Shown: piece by piece, positions 37,629 through 51,751 of the stretch
How the letters are laid out: the number at the start of each line of letters is the position of its first letter
Numbering within the stretch: position 1 is the stretch's first letter
NCBI GenBank assembly: GCA_951406725.2
Contig: OX597827.1
Location: 21,886,001-21,950,000, forward strand
Length of the DNA stretch: 64,000 nt
Direction of reading: 5' to 3'
Source: Octopus vulgaris
Taxonomy: Eukaryota
Made by a program: the position numbers and the translations under genes
The notes under the pieces: generated by a model
What the model saw: the letters and a program-made list of their open reading frames with translations, nothing else
Database searches by the model: none
Told to the model about the DNA's origin: nothing

Positions 37629-38439
37629 CAATAAATGGTGGGGTTGTGTTGACCACACGTGGAGAAATGATTGGCAAGGAAAAATTATAAAAAGACAGAA
37701 TGCTAAATTGAAGGAAAATTTTAATGAAAATGGGTGTATGGAAAATTTTGAAAAATTAATAAAATATATATATATCAATTCAAACGGGTTTTTGTCACAA
37801 TGTGACTTTTCAAGAATTGTAAGGTGGAAAGAAAAAATTTTGTTTATGTTTGAGGAGGGGGAAAAAAGAAAATTACATTGTTTTTTTGCAAAAAATTAAT
37901 AATAAACATGTACAAAAATTAAAAAATAGGTATTCCGATACATTGTAAAGTCTTTGTGTATCTCGAGTTTAATGATAGCTCTTGAAAAAATTACCTTGGA
38001 GAATTGAGATCCATGTGATTAAATCCATGTGATTAAATCCATGTGCTGTTTAATTTAATTAAGGATGTCTGTTAAGTGAATGTCAAAACAGGAAGTAGTT
38101 GTCCAGTTCCTGTGAGTAAGGGGAGACAACTCTGTGGGTTTTAAGCTCTTCAATTTGGGTTTATCAATTTTTTGTAATAAAGGGTGTTAATAAACCTTAA
38201 ATTATAAAATTTTCATTTTTGCTTCATTTGCATTATCTTTTTTTATATAATTGTTTGCTAACTTAACATTCAGATTTTAACACTTTATTTATATTGTTTT
38301 CTAATTGTATAAATTTACATAAACCAATTTCATTTCAGATTGTTATGTCATATATAATAATGATAATAATAATAATAATAACAACTATAATAATAATGAT
38401 AAATAAAGAATATAAGTTTTAGCTTGAAGTGATGACTGT

Positions 38440-39995
38440 ATGGTATCCTTATATATTTGTATTAGTCCATCCATGAAGAATGAGGTAGAAAAAGAAGTAT
38501 GATCAACGAAGAGTTTGCATATTAAGATGCGTTTTGAATTTTTCAATAAAAAGATTCTCCTTGTTAATTCTCTCCTGTGTGGTGATTCCGTCTTTAAATT
38601 GGTAGAAGGGGAATATGTAAAATTTGGGATTTTTGTCTTTAGCGCAGTGGAATTTGCCGGTATTCCAGGAGATTTATTTGTTCTTTATGGACCGCTACTC
38701 TTTTACGTAAAGGGAGGCTCATTTGTCCAACATAATTATGTTGGCAACCGGTGCATGTGAGAACGTAGATAAGGTTCTCGGAGGAACAGGAGAAGTTGGT
38801 CTTGATTTTAAACTTCATTCCTTGTTTGAAGATAAATTCAGAGCCTTCAAGTAGGAAGGGGCAGGTGCCACAGTTTGGGCATGCACATTTTTTAACTGCT
38901 GGGGGTGGATGTGGTGTGTGAAGTTTGGCATTTGTCAAGAGTTTTTTAAAGATTTGTGTTGCCTTTTACATTTGAGGATTTTGTGTGTATTTATAATGTT
39001 TTTCATTTTTGGGTCTGTTGACAGTAGAGTGAAGTTTTGTATGATTGTTGTGTATGCTTCGATATTTTTGGGGTTGTGGGTGGAAACGTATGGAAGTATT
39101 TTGGGGTTGTGTGTGTTGTTGGGTTGGGTGGTTTTCAGTGTAATGTTGTCTAGTTCTTTGGCGCGTTTTATTCCATACTCTATAAGGGTGGAGGGATATT
39201 GGCGTTGTAATAGTGTTTTTTTTGAGGTCTTGAAGGTGTATTTCTCAAGTTTTTGGATCCGAGACAATGGTGCATGCCCTTTTAGCTAAGTTGAAAGGGA
39301 TATTTGTCTTGGTGTGTTTTGGGTGGTATTGTTGTGAGTCTGTAGGTTTGTGGTAGATGTCTGTTATGATTTGGTTCTTAGGTGTTTTTATAATTAGGAG
39401 ATCAAGGAAAGGGAGATGATGTTTGCTGAATTCCATAGTAAATTGGATGTTGTGATGTATGTTGTTCAGTATGGTTTTGAATTTCAGAAGCTTTTCATAA
39501 GGTTCTTTCCATATGATGAAACAATCATCCAAATACCTTTTCCAGTTTTCCATTAGGTAGGTGTGGAAAGCATGTCCAAATTTCTGGCGTGATATCTCAT
39601 AGAGTGATAGTTCGAAGAAACCCATTATGAGGTTCGCAAGGACTGGTGCAGCCTTGGTACCCATCGCAATACCACATTTTTGACGGTTGTGTGTGTTATT
39701 GAAGAGGAAATAATTGTTTGTCAGAATGAACTTGAGTGATTCCGTAATAAAGGTCTTGTGAATGCGGTCAGGGAATGTCTCTGGGTGTTTTTCTAGCCAG
39801 AAATCAATTGCCTCAATACCATATTTATGTGGAATGTTGGTGTAGAGGTTGATGACATCAAAGGATACCAGGAGCGCCTCCTCGTTAACTGTTTTCAGGA
39901 GGTGTTTGAGCATGTCCAGATCATCCCTAATGAAACTTTTGATGGGAGTAAGGAAAGGTTTCAAAAGGATGTCTAGGAAATTACTCAAGCGGTGT
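38440..39995 (-). mobile_element. Penelope-like element: RT plus GIY-YIG endonuclease, 5'-truncated, frameshifted
   Basis: SFDVINLYTNIP, GIAMGTKAAPVLANLIMG, WKRYLDD, LPFLDL, CxxPNCGTC, NLIYVLTCTGCQHNYVGQ..LRKRVAVHKEQI. The 5' break is at a (TA)n tract. Confidence 0.92.
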
Positions 39996-40029
39996 ATATA
40001 TATATAAGTTCTATTATGTATTTTATGTA

Positions 40030-40302
40030 CAGGGTGCTCAAAAAGTCTCTCTGCGGTAAACAAAATAAATATTTATAAGATGGTAGTAGACTACAAAAGA
40101 ACATATTAGACTTTACAAAAGAACATTTTAGACTTTACAAGACTTTGAAAAACTTTATAAGAGGTGTTGAAAGTGCAGTTCTTCATTTTCAATACATAAG
40201 TTAACTTCTCTACACATGTTTTGAAATACATCTTGGAAAGTCTGACTCTTGGAGAGTCAAGATGAAAAATATTCACTGCAGCAAGACTTTTTGAACACCC
40301 TG
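40030..40302. mobile_element. Tc1/mariner-type MITE
   Basis: TA|CAGGGTGCTCAAAAAGTCT ... AGACTTTTTGAACACCCTG|TA. Confidence 0.85.
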
Positions 40303-40373
40303 TATACCTGTAAGATCTATCTAGGTATATCAGATGAGTTTTATGCATATCATGTACGTTATATATACATATA

Positions 40374-40790
40374 GGTGCAGGAGTGGCTGTGTGGTAAGTA
40401 GCTTGCTTCTCAACCATATGGTTCTGTGTTCATTCCCACTGCGTGGCACCTTGGGCAAGTATCTTCTACTATAGCCTCGGGCCAACCAAAGCCTTGTGAG
40501 TGGATTTGATAGACGGAAACTGAAAGAAGCCCATCGTATATATGTATATACATATATATGTATGTGTGTGTGTATATGTTTGTGTGTCTGTGTTTGTCCT
40601 CCCAACATCGCTTGACAACTGATGGTGGTGTGTTTACGTCCCCGTAACTTAGCAGTTCGGCAAAGAGACCAATAGAATAAGTACTAGGCTTACAAAGAGC
40701 AAGTCCTGGGGTCAATTTTCTTGACTAAAGGCGGTGCTCCAGCATGGCTACAGTCAATAACTGAAACAAGTAAAAGAGAGTAAAAGAGAG
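40374..40790 (+). mobile_element. SINE family A, full length
   Basis: Colinear with 20151-20577. Other copies at 41660-41943, 45774-46150, 54160-54460, 59770-60160, with heads at 26200-26350(-), 27225-27365(-), 29150-29300 and 58010-58145. Confidence 0.85.
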
Positions 40791-40961
40791 TTTTTTTTTT
40801 GTTTGTTCCTTCTCAAGCCATGCCTGGCTCAAAAGGGCTGGTTTCCTGGTTTCCTTGGCATATAGGTTCCCTACCTGGATGGGATGCCGGTCCATCACAG
40901 GCAAGCTGCAAGATGCAGGAGGAAAGAGTGAGAGAAAGTTGTGGCGAAAGAGTCAGCAGAA

Positions 40962-41021
<60 letters not shown>

Positions 41022-41234
41022 ATAGAGTTAAAACCCAAGCTTTGTCTTCTGAACTCATCTACTTATATCAGTGTCCCAAATTCAATGGTAGATGTTTTGT
41101 TTGAGTGCGGTATGCATAAGAGTTGAAAATACTGGGAAATATTTCCTGCAGAGTAATAATATCAAAAGAGGAGATTCGAAAAAAGTTTTTGGAAATTATT
41201 TAATCACCATTACACATGTTTCATTTGCTAATTT

Positions 41235-42155
41235 GATTTACAAAATCATACGTGTGTTAGAAAACATGTAAGCTATCTCTGATTAGAAATTCTTTAGACA
41301 GAGAATCAAATGATACACAATTTGCATTTGGATGAAGAATTTGTGTATAGTTAAGAGTAATTAGTAGTTAGGAGACCTTTAGATAATTAGAGAGGGGAAA
41401 AAAAACATATCTAGTAATATAGAAAAGAGAGAGAGAGGGTTAGAGAATGAAGTATTTAAGTGTACACATATACACATTTATGCATACTTACATATAGTTA
41501 CACATTTCTTTTTCTCTCTAGTTTCAGCTCAGAGCTGCAGCCATGCTGATGCACCACCATTATATACATATTAACGATGATGATATGTATGTATGTAAGT
41601 ATGTATGCATGTATGTATAAGTGTGTATGTGTGTGTGCATATATATAATTGTGTATATATGAATTTGGTAGACGGAAACTGAAAGAAGCTCGTCGTATAT
41701 ATGAATACATATATATGTGTGTGTGTTTGTATGTCTGTGTTTGCCCCCCACCCACATCACTTGACAACCGATGCTGGTGTGTTTATATGTCCCTGTAACT
41801 TAGTGGTTCGGCAAAAAAGAGACCGATAAAATAAGTACTAGGCTTACAAAGAATAAGTCCTGGGGGTTGATTTGCTCGACTAAAGGCGGTGCTCCAGCAT
41901 GGCCGCAGTCAAATGACTGAAACAAGTAAAAGAGTAAAAGAGTATGTACAATTATTGTTTTATTCTCTAACCCTCCCCCCGTGTCTCTCTCTCTCTCTTC
42001 TATATTACTAGATATGTTTTTCTCCCCTCTAATTATCTAAAGTATTCTTAATTACTAACTCTATATCCAAATGCATTATTTTGATTCTCTGTCTGAAGAA
42101 TTTCTAATAGGAAAAATCTTGCATGTTTTCTATTACATGTATACTTTTGTAAGTA
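41235..42155. mobile_element. Long-TIR (fold-back) element with nested SINE A pieces
   Basis: 41235-41455 is an imperfect reverse complement of 41955-42155 (e.g. tttagataattagagaggggaaaa..catatctagtaatatagaa). Confidence 0.7.
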
Positions 42156-42309
42156 TGTTTTTGTTAACTCCTATTCATAAACGAAACGTGTGTAATGGGA
42201 ATAAACAATACCATAAATTTTCCTATCTCCAATTTTGAGACGTGTGTGTATCTGTCTGTCTGTCAGTCTGTCTGTATGTACGTACGTATGTATGTATATA
42301 TGTATATAT

Positions 42310-42597
42310 GTTTGTTCCTTCTCGAGCCATGTCTGGCTCATAAGGGCCGGTTTCCCGGTTTCAGTGGTGTATAGGTTCCCCACCTGGACAGGACGCCAGT
42401 CCATCGCAGGTGAGCTGCTAGATGCAGGAGGAAAGAGTAAGAGAAAGTTGTGGCGAAAGACTCAGCAGAAGTTTGCCATTACCTTCTGCCAGAGTCACGT
42501 GGAGCTTAGGTGTTTTCATTCATAAACACACACATCGCCTGGTCTGAGATTCGAACCCGCAATCCCTCGACCGCAAGTCTGCTGCTCTAACCACGAT
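42310..42597 (-). mobile_element. tRNA-derived SINE family D (V-SINE-like 3' block)
   Basis: Minus strand has GTGGTTAGAGC, GGTTCGAATCT and gcgatggactggcgtcctgtccagg. Partial copy at 40800-40962. Confidence 0.75.
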
Positions 42598-43619
42598 GTA
42601 TATATGTATATATGTATGTATGTATGTATGTATGTGTGTTTTTGTGTATGTGTATTATCTTTATCACATAATTTCGCTGTACATCTGTTAAGTTTCTCCT
42701 CTGACTCCTGGAATGTCATATAATTTACTTCCATTAAAATTACTTCTGAGAATTAAATTACACAAAAACTATTAATTGATTCTTACAATATCTTACAAAG
42801 TATGTTTGAAAAACCACTAAAAAAATTAAATAAAAATCTTATTAATAAAATATTTGAATTCAAAATAATTTTAATTGTTGCTTATCTTATCGCAACTTTT
42901 GAAACATCTATGAAGGAAAATTTTATTATTTAGATATTTTTTTATAATTTAAACGGTTCTGAAGTTACTGTGATGCTTGCATTGATGACTAAAACAAGTG
43001 AAAAGAAAGCGTAAAAAAAGAACATGTGATGTTAATGGATGATGTAAGTTGGGTTAAAATATAATGCAAGTTGATAATGGAAAATACTCATCATAGAGGC
43101 AGACAGAACTCTTTTTGAGAAACGAGTGGGAAGATGTAACATTGTAGAGCTGTTGTGATGATGTTGGTATTTGCGATGACAATAAGAATGATGGTCATGA
43201 TGGTGGAGGAGGAGGAGGAGGAGGAGGAGGAGGTGGTGTGGTGGTGTATTTGTTATATTGAAACTTTCACTATTAATTTGGGTGACATGAATTTTGAACA
43301 TTTTAGATATTTTTTTAGTAAAAGTAGATTCGTTTTTTTTTTACACTTGACAACTGAATCTTAGTACTGACCCCCAATCGTCATTTGAACTAAACTGTGA
43401 CAACAATAAAAGGAATGTGCTTTTCTTATAGCAGTTGTAAACAGCCATGATCAGGTGGGTTAAGGGGTTTGCTTCCCAACCATGTGGTTTCAGGTTCAAT
43501 CCCACACCATGCAGCACTTTCAGCAACTTAGTGAATTTGGTAGACAGAAACAAAGCAGGTTTTCATCATCATCATCATCATCGTCATCGTCATCATCATC
43601 GTTATCGTCGTCGTCGTCG

Positions 43620-43658
<39 letters not shown>

Positions 43659-44296
43659 CCATCACCACTACCACCATCATCATCATCACCACCATCATCA
43701 TCACCATCACCACCATCATCACCATCACCACCACCACCGCCACCACCATTGTTATTTAACATCCGTTTTTCATACTGGCATGAGCTAGATGGTTTGACAG
43801 GAGTTGGCCAACTGGAAAGTGGCCCAAACTCCATTTCTCTGTTTTGGCATGGTCCCTATGGCTCGGTTCCCTTAACAGAGTGTGCTGGGGTGCTTTATAC
43901 ACGTCACTGGCACAGGTGCGTTTACATAGCATCAACACGAGCATTTTGTGTCGCACTGCATAGCACCAACACAAATTGTATAACACAAGGATAAAAGTCA
44001 ACAGACTTTAATGGTAGATCACAACATATGTTTCTGCACCACACATCAGCCTGAAGTTGCAGGGTTCACATTCATACAACATTATGTAAGATTTCTCTTA
44101 ATAATTATTATGTATTTAAATATTGTTTAACAACAGCCACATGTAACCATATCATTGGATGAGGTCTCATAAAAACTGCTAGATTCAATAGAATTTATCA
44201 TCTCAAGGCCAAATGGATGGGAACTGTCTGGAAATAGTTTGTAATCTCTTCTATCCAGCAGTATGTCATTCTTAGTTATTTCGGTAATTAACCCCA

Positions 44297-45340
44297 TGGT
44301 GGATAAGAACTTTATGAAACAACATGTTCACCGTTGCTTACTGTATGAGATTCAAAAGAAAAGTACCGCTACAGAAGCAATGAAAAACATTTGTGAAGTG
44401 TATCCAGATGCAGTGAAAGCTCATAAATGTCAGTTGTGGTTTAAAAGGTATGGAGAGGTCAATTGTGACATATTTGACAAGTCTTGCTCTGGAAGAGAAC
44501 CCGCTCTGAATGACAACCTTTTGACTGAGACTGCTATATCAGATCCACATCAAAACACCAGAGATTTAGCACAAAACTTTAATGTGTCCTGTTCAACTAA
44601 CTATGAACATCTCAAGCAAATTGGGCAAACATACAAAGAGGGGATTTGGGTTCCACATTTGGGTTCCACATTTGAGAGCTGGACACAACATTCCATCATC
44701 TGCAGCAGTCTTCTAACCTGGAATAACAACCTGTCATTTCTGCTGCGCATTGTTACAGGTGATGAAAAATGAGTTTTGCCTCACAACAGAAAACAAAAAA
44801 GACAATGGTTATCACATAATGAGAGGCCAGTGCCAACACCAAAACTGGAACTTCATCCACAAAAATCCTTGCTCTGTGTTTGGTGGAACATGAAAGCTAT
44901 CATCCATTATGAGCTATAGAAGATGGAAGGACCATCAATGCAGATGTCTTCTGCCAACAGCTTGATCGTATAAAAGAAAATTTACATAGAGAAAGGCCAG
45001 CTTTGGTAAACAGAAATGGTGTTATCTCCAGCATGACAATGCATGGCCACCCTCTTCGAAGCAAATCCAAGGAAAAATAAGATCATTAGGATGGGAAGTT
45101 CTTCCCCATCCTCCATACTCACCTGACTTAGCACCTATGGATTTCCATCTGTTCTGACCTCTAGAGAATTTTATAAGAGGCAAAACATTCGGAAACAGAG
45201 AGGAAGTTGTAAACAGTCTTCAAACGTTTTCCAGGGAAAGAAACAGATTTCTTTGAATGTGGCATAAAAAGTTACTTTCCTGCAATTGTCGAAAAACGAT
45301 GGTGATTGGATTCTTGATTAAGACTATTCAGATAAACGTA
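44297..45340 (+). pseudogene. mariner (DD34D) transposase, near full length, inactivated
   Basis: HTH region, WVPH, IVTGDEK*, LLCVWW, QHDNA and HPPYSPDLAPMDFHLF motifs, with stops and frameshifts. Confidence 0.9.
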
Positions 45341-45394
45341 GTTTCCATTTGCTTTTATATCCTTTCTGGTAAAATGCAATTACTTTCAAGCACA

Positions 45395-45753
45395 ATCAAA
45401 TCACAATCAAATGGAAATTGTAGTTGTGATCTCTGTGCCAGTGACACGTAAAAGGCACCATCTGAACGTAGCCGATGCCAGGGCCGCCTTGACTGGCTTC
45501 TGTGCCAGTGGCACATAAAAAGCACCATCTGATTGTGGTTGATGTCAGCCCCCTCTGGTCCCTGTGTGGTGGCATGTAAAAAAGCACCCACTACACTCTC
45601 TGAGTGGTTAGTGTCAGGAAGGGCATCCAGCTGTAGAAACACTGCCAGATCAAGATCGGAGCCTGGTGCTTCCCAGACCCCAGTTGAACCGTCCAACCCA
45701 TGCCAGCATGGAAAACGGACGTCAAACGACGACGATGATGATGATGATGATGA
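45395..45753 (+). mobile_element. RTE 3' UTR fragment truncating the mariner 3' end
   Basis: Tandem gcacgtaaaa(a)gcacc units and (GAT)n tail. Similar + copies at 48825-49318 and 58715-59220. Confidence 0.75.
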
Positions 45754-45891
45754 TTACATATATATATATATAATGTGGCTGTGTGGTAAGAAGTTTGCTT
45801 CCTCACCACATGGTTCCAGGTTCAGTCCCGTTGCACAAGTGTCTTCTTGTGACTGAATTTAGTAGATGAAAGCTTAAAGAAGCCTGTCATA

Positions 45892-45922
<31 letters not shown>

Positions 45923-46343
45923 CTTCATATGTGTCTGTCTTTATGCCAATGCTTTCCCCGACCAATGTTTGACAACCAGTGTTGGTGTATTCATGTACTC
46001 ATAACTTAGTGGTTTGGCAAAAAAGAATGATATAATAAGTACCTAGCTTAAAATAATTCCTGGGGGTCAATCCATTTGACCAAGAATTCTTCAAGGCAGT
46101 GCCCCAGCATGGCCACCGTCAAATGACTGAAACAAGTAAAAGATAAAAGGTAATAATAAAAAAAAACACTGATACTGACAACCAATCAGATCTTTCCAAT
46201 TAAAATCTTATGCTCCGTTTAAGCCAATCAAGATTTTCTTTGATATTAAATATTTCTATTGAATGTCTTTTCAAAATATTCCTTTGATCTTCCATCTCTT
46301 TGCTGAAAGTTGAAATCAAAAATTTCAGAGAAGTAATTTATAA

Positions 46344-46397
<54 letters not shown>

Positions 46398-46544
46398 GTG
46401 TGTGTGTAAGCCTCAAATAACTAAAAAATGCTTTAATTTAAAGACAATATATCAAAGTGCCGTGCCCTGGGATTGAACTCAGAACCATGTGATTGTGAAG
46501 CAGACTTCTTAATGACAGAGATATGCCCCCAAACCCACTCCTGT

Positions 46545-46826
46545 AGAAGAAGAAGAAGAAGAAGAAGAAGAAGAAGAAGAAGAAGAAGAAGAAGAAGAAG
46601 AAGAAGAAGAAGAAGAAGAAGAAGAAGAAGAAGAAGAAGAAGAAGAAGAAGAAGAAGAAGAAGAAGAAGAAGAAGAAGAAGAAGAAGAAGAAGAAGAAGA
46701 AGAAGAAGAAGAAGAAGAAGAAGAAGAAGAAGAAGAAGAAGAAGAAGAAGAAGAAGAAGAAGAAGAAGAAGAAGAAGAAGAAGAAGAAGAAGAAGAAGAA
46801 GAAGAAGAAGAAGAAGAAGAAGAAGA
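46545..46826 (+). repeat. Pure (GAA)n tract, ~94 units
   Basis: Uninterrupted AGA repeats. Confidence 0.97.
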
Positions 46827-47163
46827 CGACATGACTTACTATCAACCAAGCCAGCTTCACATATTTGAGTAATTTTGTTCCTTGTTCATAAATGACAAAA
46901 ACAACTCCAAAATTAGAAAATAAAGAGAAAGCACCAGCCCCAACATATGTCCACATCTTCGTTCCATGCATTCACTCTTCAATCTAAACACTAATGTTTA
47001 TGCAAGCACAAATCCTCATCTTCAACCAGAGAGGAAACTAACAGTGACACAAAATGGTAGATATATACACACACTCCCAAAAATCATGGCATTTCCATAG
47101 CAACAAGCTTTCTATCTAGCCAAAGCTAGCATGGTTAAAGAGTCCTTCGACTGGTTGTCTTAA

Positions 47164-47603
47164 CCCATTCATGCCGATCGTCTGTCTAAACTGACCCTTA
47201 ATTTATAAGAGTATAAAACAAATTGGGATTTGTGTATGATCTGTATCAAAGAATGAAACATGTTCTTAACACTATGTTTGATAGTAAGTCATATCTCCTC
47301 CCCCTCCTCCTCCTCCTCCTTCTTCTTCTTCTTCTTCTTCTTCTTCTTCTTCTTCTTCTTCTTCTTCTTCTTCTTCTTCTTCTTCTTCTTCTTCTTCTTC
47401 TTCTTCTTCTTCTTCTTCTTCTTCTTCTCCTCCTCCTTCCTCCACAGCAGTGGGTTTGGGGGCATATCTCTGTCATTAAGAAGTCTGTCTGTATTGAATG
47501 GATTTCAAAGAAATTTTCCTTCAGTTGTTATTTAGGTCAAAATAATAATACCTGTGAATTTTCAGGTAATTTCATTCACTAGAAAAATTTCCGCACGAAT
47601 GGG
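47164..47603. mobile_element. piggyBac-type MITE containing an inverted copy of the neighbouring GAA locus
   Basis: TTAA|CCCATTCATGCCG ... CCGCACGAATGGG|TTAA; 47278-47487 is the reverse complement of 46501-46845. Confidence 0.7.
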
Positions 47604-49479
47604 TTAATATCATGGCCAATGCATTGAACACTAACAATATTTGTGATGCACCCTTCCATCTCCATGTAGTAATTGATTATACATTTTATTATGACGAGTG
47701 TGATCTCAAGCATATAATGTTTCACTTTTCATCCACGTTTAAGAATGTACCAACTCCAAGATAATGCTCCACTGTATTATGTCCTTGATATGTGTGTCCA
47801 AAGTCACCCCAAGTATGCTGAGCAAGAAAAACTGTGAGAATCAGGATTGTCCTGTAGTTACTTGCAATGAATGGTTGTGAGGCCAGTGGAGATGAATGAA
47901 AAAATGGTTTTGAGAAAGATTTTGATTGAAGCTGCAAAAAATGTCCAAAGCTGACCCATTTGAGGGTATGGATTACTGCAAATCTGTACTAATCCAGATA
48001 AGTAGTCTGGATAAAAGTCAATCACAAAGGGCAAAAAAGTGGTGGTCTTCTAATAAATGAGACAATGGTCTGTAGCACAACGTATGGCATTCAGCTGCTG
48101 TCATTTCTAGCGGACAGTTTCTGCTAGAAAACCATTCCACTTGTAAACCTCTGACAAACGGTAGAAGGGAATGTGCAGTAGGGGACAAAGCCAGAGGATA
48201 TTGAGCGCTTGTTTTCAGACCCTTACCTTGAACTGAATTCAACATAATCATCTCTGCTGTAGGACCTTATCTCAGTATGAAATTAGATAAGAGTCTGCTA
48301 TGCAATGGATGCCAAATAATATCCATATTCAGGGCCTTGAATTTATTTTGTGCTCAACTCTCACTAGTTTAAATTCAGCTCTTTCACTGGTTTCAGGTCA
48401 ATAATAGAAATACTTCTAAAAGACTGATGTTCTTCTTGTTGTTGTTTCATTTTAGAATAATGAAAAAAGAATTACTCGTGACTAATTAAAGAATCCTTTA
48501 TTCAGTTACATTGTTTGTATATTGTTGCATCACACACACACACACACAGTATATACGATAGAGAGAGAGAGAGAGAGAGGTGGGGGGAGAGATGTATCTA
48601 TACATATGTGTGTGAGTTGAGATTCATGTACGTATGTATGTATATGTATGTGTGTGTGTATATATATGGGTGGGTGGAAAGTAAGTAGGTATTATAAATT
48701 GCTTATTTTGATCATAATCACCCCATGGATTTATATGGATAATACCATACAAAATTCTGGTGCCTCCAACTTAAGTACCATATTCATTTGAATCTAAATT
48801 TTGCTGAACTTATATATATATTGCATACCTTTCCTTCTTGGGACACAAAACTCTACTTGTGAAGACTTGTTGAGACAAGTGAAAATACAAATCCAAATCC
48901 AAATCCAAATCGATCAACATCAATGGAAATTGCAGCTGTGATACCAGTGCCGGTGGTATGTAAGAGAACCATCCGAACGTGACCATTGCCAGCGCCATCC
49001 CAACTGGCCTCATGCCAGTGGCACGTAAAAAGCACCATCTGATCGTGGCCATTGCCAGCCTCGCCTGGCCCCCATGCCGGTGGCACATGAAAAGCACCAA
49101 CCGATCGTGGCCGATTGTCAGCCTCGTCTGGCACCTGTGCAGGTGGCACGTAAAAAGCACCCACTACACTCACGGAGTGGTTGGCGTTAGGAAGGGCATC
49201 CAGCCATAGAAACATTGCCAGATCAGACTGGGACTGGTGCAGCCTTCTGGCTTCCCAGACCCCAGTTGAACCGTCCAACTAGCATGGAAAGCGGACGCTA
49301 AATGATGATGATGATGATATATATATATATATATATACATGTATATATATACATATATATGTATATATATATGTATATATAGATATGTGTGTTTGTAGGG
49401 GGGGGATAAATTATAGATTTTCTATAGAATTTACAGCCATTACTGTAAGTTACGCTGTCTTGTATATGCATACACCTAT

Positions 49480-50580
49480 GTAAATGATGAGATCAAAGAT
49501 AGAAAAATAGGTGAAGGTGTATAATGCATATTTCACCTTCAACAAGGCTGACTCTAAAAGAGACTATGAAATATTGGAGTTTGGGGAAAACTAATAAAGC
49601 GGATGGAATGCTTTCTGGTGAACAAAACCCAGCGTGACCAATGCTGTTCAACCAAGTTCAGCAAGAGTCATCAGTGGAGTCCCACAAGGCACTGTATTGG
49701 CTCCACTTCTTTTCATCAAAATTGGTGTCATCAAACACAGCAGCATTGGAATTTCCGCCGATGACCCTCACCACTTTGGAAGGTCATTGACAGGATAGGA
49801 AACTAGACTAATCTCCAATCAAATCTGCTTGCTGTGGCTACTAAATGAGAATAAATTTGAGTTAATCCACTTTGGTAAAAAAATTGCACTTAAGCTACCA
49901 CCACATACGCTTCCTTTAGGCAAAAACCTCATGGCATCAACCATTGCTAAGCAGCTCAGAGTAACTACTGACAACTTAAGCTGGAGTGCTCACATAAACA
50001 GCAAAGTTGACAGTGAGTATTCCTGCATCCTCAAGAATTTTCAGATACTCCTACCATTATCATGTTCCCCACCCTCATCCATCTTCACCATGTGTAGCAT
50101 TATCTGATGTGGTCTCCCCACATGAAACAAAATATTGTCAGAACTGAAGCACCTCAGAGATCGACCACAAGGGAAATAGACGAGATGACAAGTCTTGATT
50201 ATTAGGATTAACTTAAGAAACTCAAACTTAATTCTCTCCAACACCACTGTGAGCACTTTAGCATTTGGATGATGTGCAAAAAACTCCAACGGTATTGTTC
50301 AGTTGACGTTGGCATCAATTTTAAAATTCAACCAGGGTTTGGCCTCTATGCCATGCACCTTCTACAGAAATCACGTTCACATCACAACATTAAAAACTAT
50401 TTCACCCCAACTGGCCCTGCTCTCTTCAACATCATGCCAAGATACATAAGAGAAAGGAAAAATCTCTTAACATTCAAACAGTTCCTGGATGAATATCTCC
50501 CACAAAGTCCAGATAAACCACCAACACCTGGCTATAACTCTGCAAACGAAAGCTCTTTACTGGAATGGGTTAACAGTGCC
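49480..50580 (+). mobile_element. CR1-type LINE RT/3' remnant
   Basis: SGVPQGTVLAPLLF, NENKFELIHFG and GPALFNIMPRYIR..PDKPPTPGY remnants. Confidence 0.75.
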
Positions 50581-50594
50581 CAAAGAAGGACTAT

Positions 50595-50991
50595 CTTTAC
50601 TCTTTTCTCTCTTTTACTTGTTTCAGTCATTTGATTGCAGCTATGCTGGAGCACCACCTTTAGTCGAGCAAATCGACCCCAGGGCTTATTCTTTGGAAGC
50701 CTAGTACTTATTCTATAGGTCTCTTTTGCCGAACTGCTAAGTTACGGGAACATCAACATACCAGCATTGGTTGTCAAGCGATGTTGGGGAGACAAACATA
50801 TACACACACATACATATATACATATACATATATATAATGGGCTTCTTTCAGTTTCCGTCTACCAAATCCACTCACAAGAATTTGGTCGACCCGAAGCTAT
50901 AGTAGAAGACACTTTCCCAAAATTCACGCAGTGGAACTGAACCCGGGACCATGTGGTTGGTAAGCAAGCTACTTACCACACAGCCACTCCT
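50595..50991 (-). mobile_element. SINE family A, full length, minus strand
   Basis: Reverse complement of 20151-20577. Confidence 0.85.
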
Positions 50992-51413
50992 AACATCTCT
51001 AAATTCCTTTTCCAAGTGCTGCTATTATGTTAGCCATGGCCTGGGCCAATTCTGGGCCAAAACTTATCCTAATATCTAAGTGCATATGATATCCATATGA
51101 TATCCAAATGATATACATATGATATATGTGCTATTGATGTTTCCTGCTGCCAATAAGGAAGGAGGCAACATCAATTGTAAGTGATCGTAGTGTTGACACT
51201 AATAATTGCAGCAATGTGGCTGACCCCTTCTTATTTAACTAAAAGGAAATCTATTCAGGCTAAACTTGTTTTTCCACTTATGCACAATGCTTTAGTGATT
51301 CTTCTCTATATTTCTCATTCAGAAGGGTATTATTTCACACACCCACACATGTATATGTATAATAATGTATACGTAAGCATACTTTTACATATTTATATAC
51401 ATTTATATATATA

Positions 51414-51449
<36 letters not shown>

Positions 51450-51487
51450 AATATATATATGTGTGTATGTATGTATATATATATATA

Positions 51488-51521
<34 letters not shown>

Positions 51522-51548
51522 CATTTATATATATATATATTTATATAC

Positions 51549-51583
<35 letters not shown>

Positions 51584-51589
51584 GACATT

Positions 51590-51668
<79 letters not shown>

Positions 51669-51702
51669 TATATATATAATATATATATATATATTTATAT
51701 AC

Positions 51703-51751
<49 letters not shown>

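Noticed and set aside
39245-40063. ORF start MFTAERLF.. as the true Penelope N-terminus
   Set aside because: The first ~24 codons come from a Tc1-type MITE end and a TA tract; the element is 5'-truncated near 39995.
46433-46971. Poly-L/F/R/S ORFs
   Set aside because: Translations of the (GAA)n tract. The same applies to the many YIYI, CVCV, HTHT, LSIY and poly-H/D/M ORFs throughout the track.
47650-48480. Non-repetitive-looking stretch with short minus-strand ORFs
   Set aside because: No recognisable protein motif or consistent splice signals; possibly an old transposon remnant, left unannotated.
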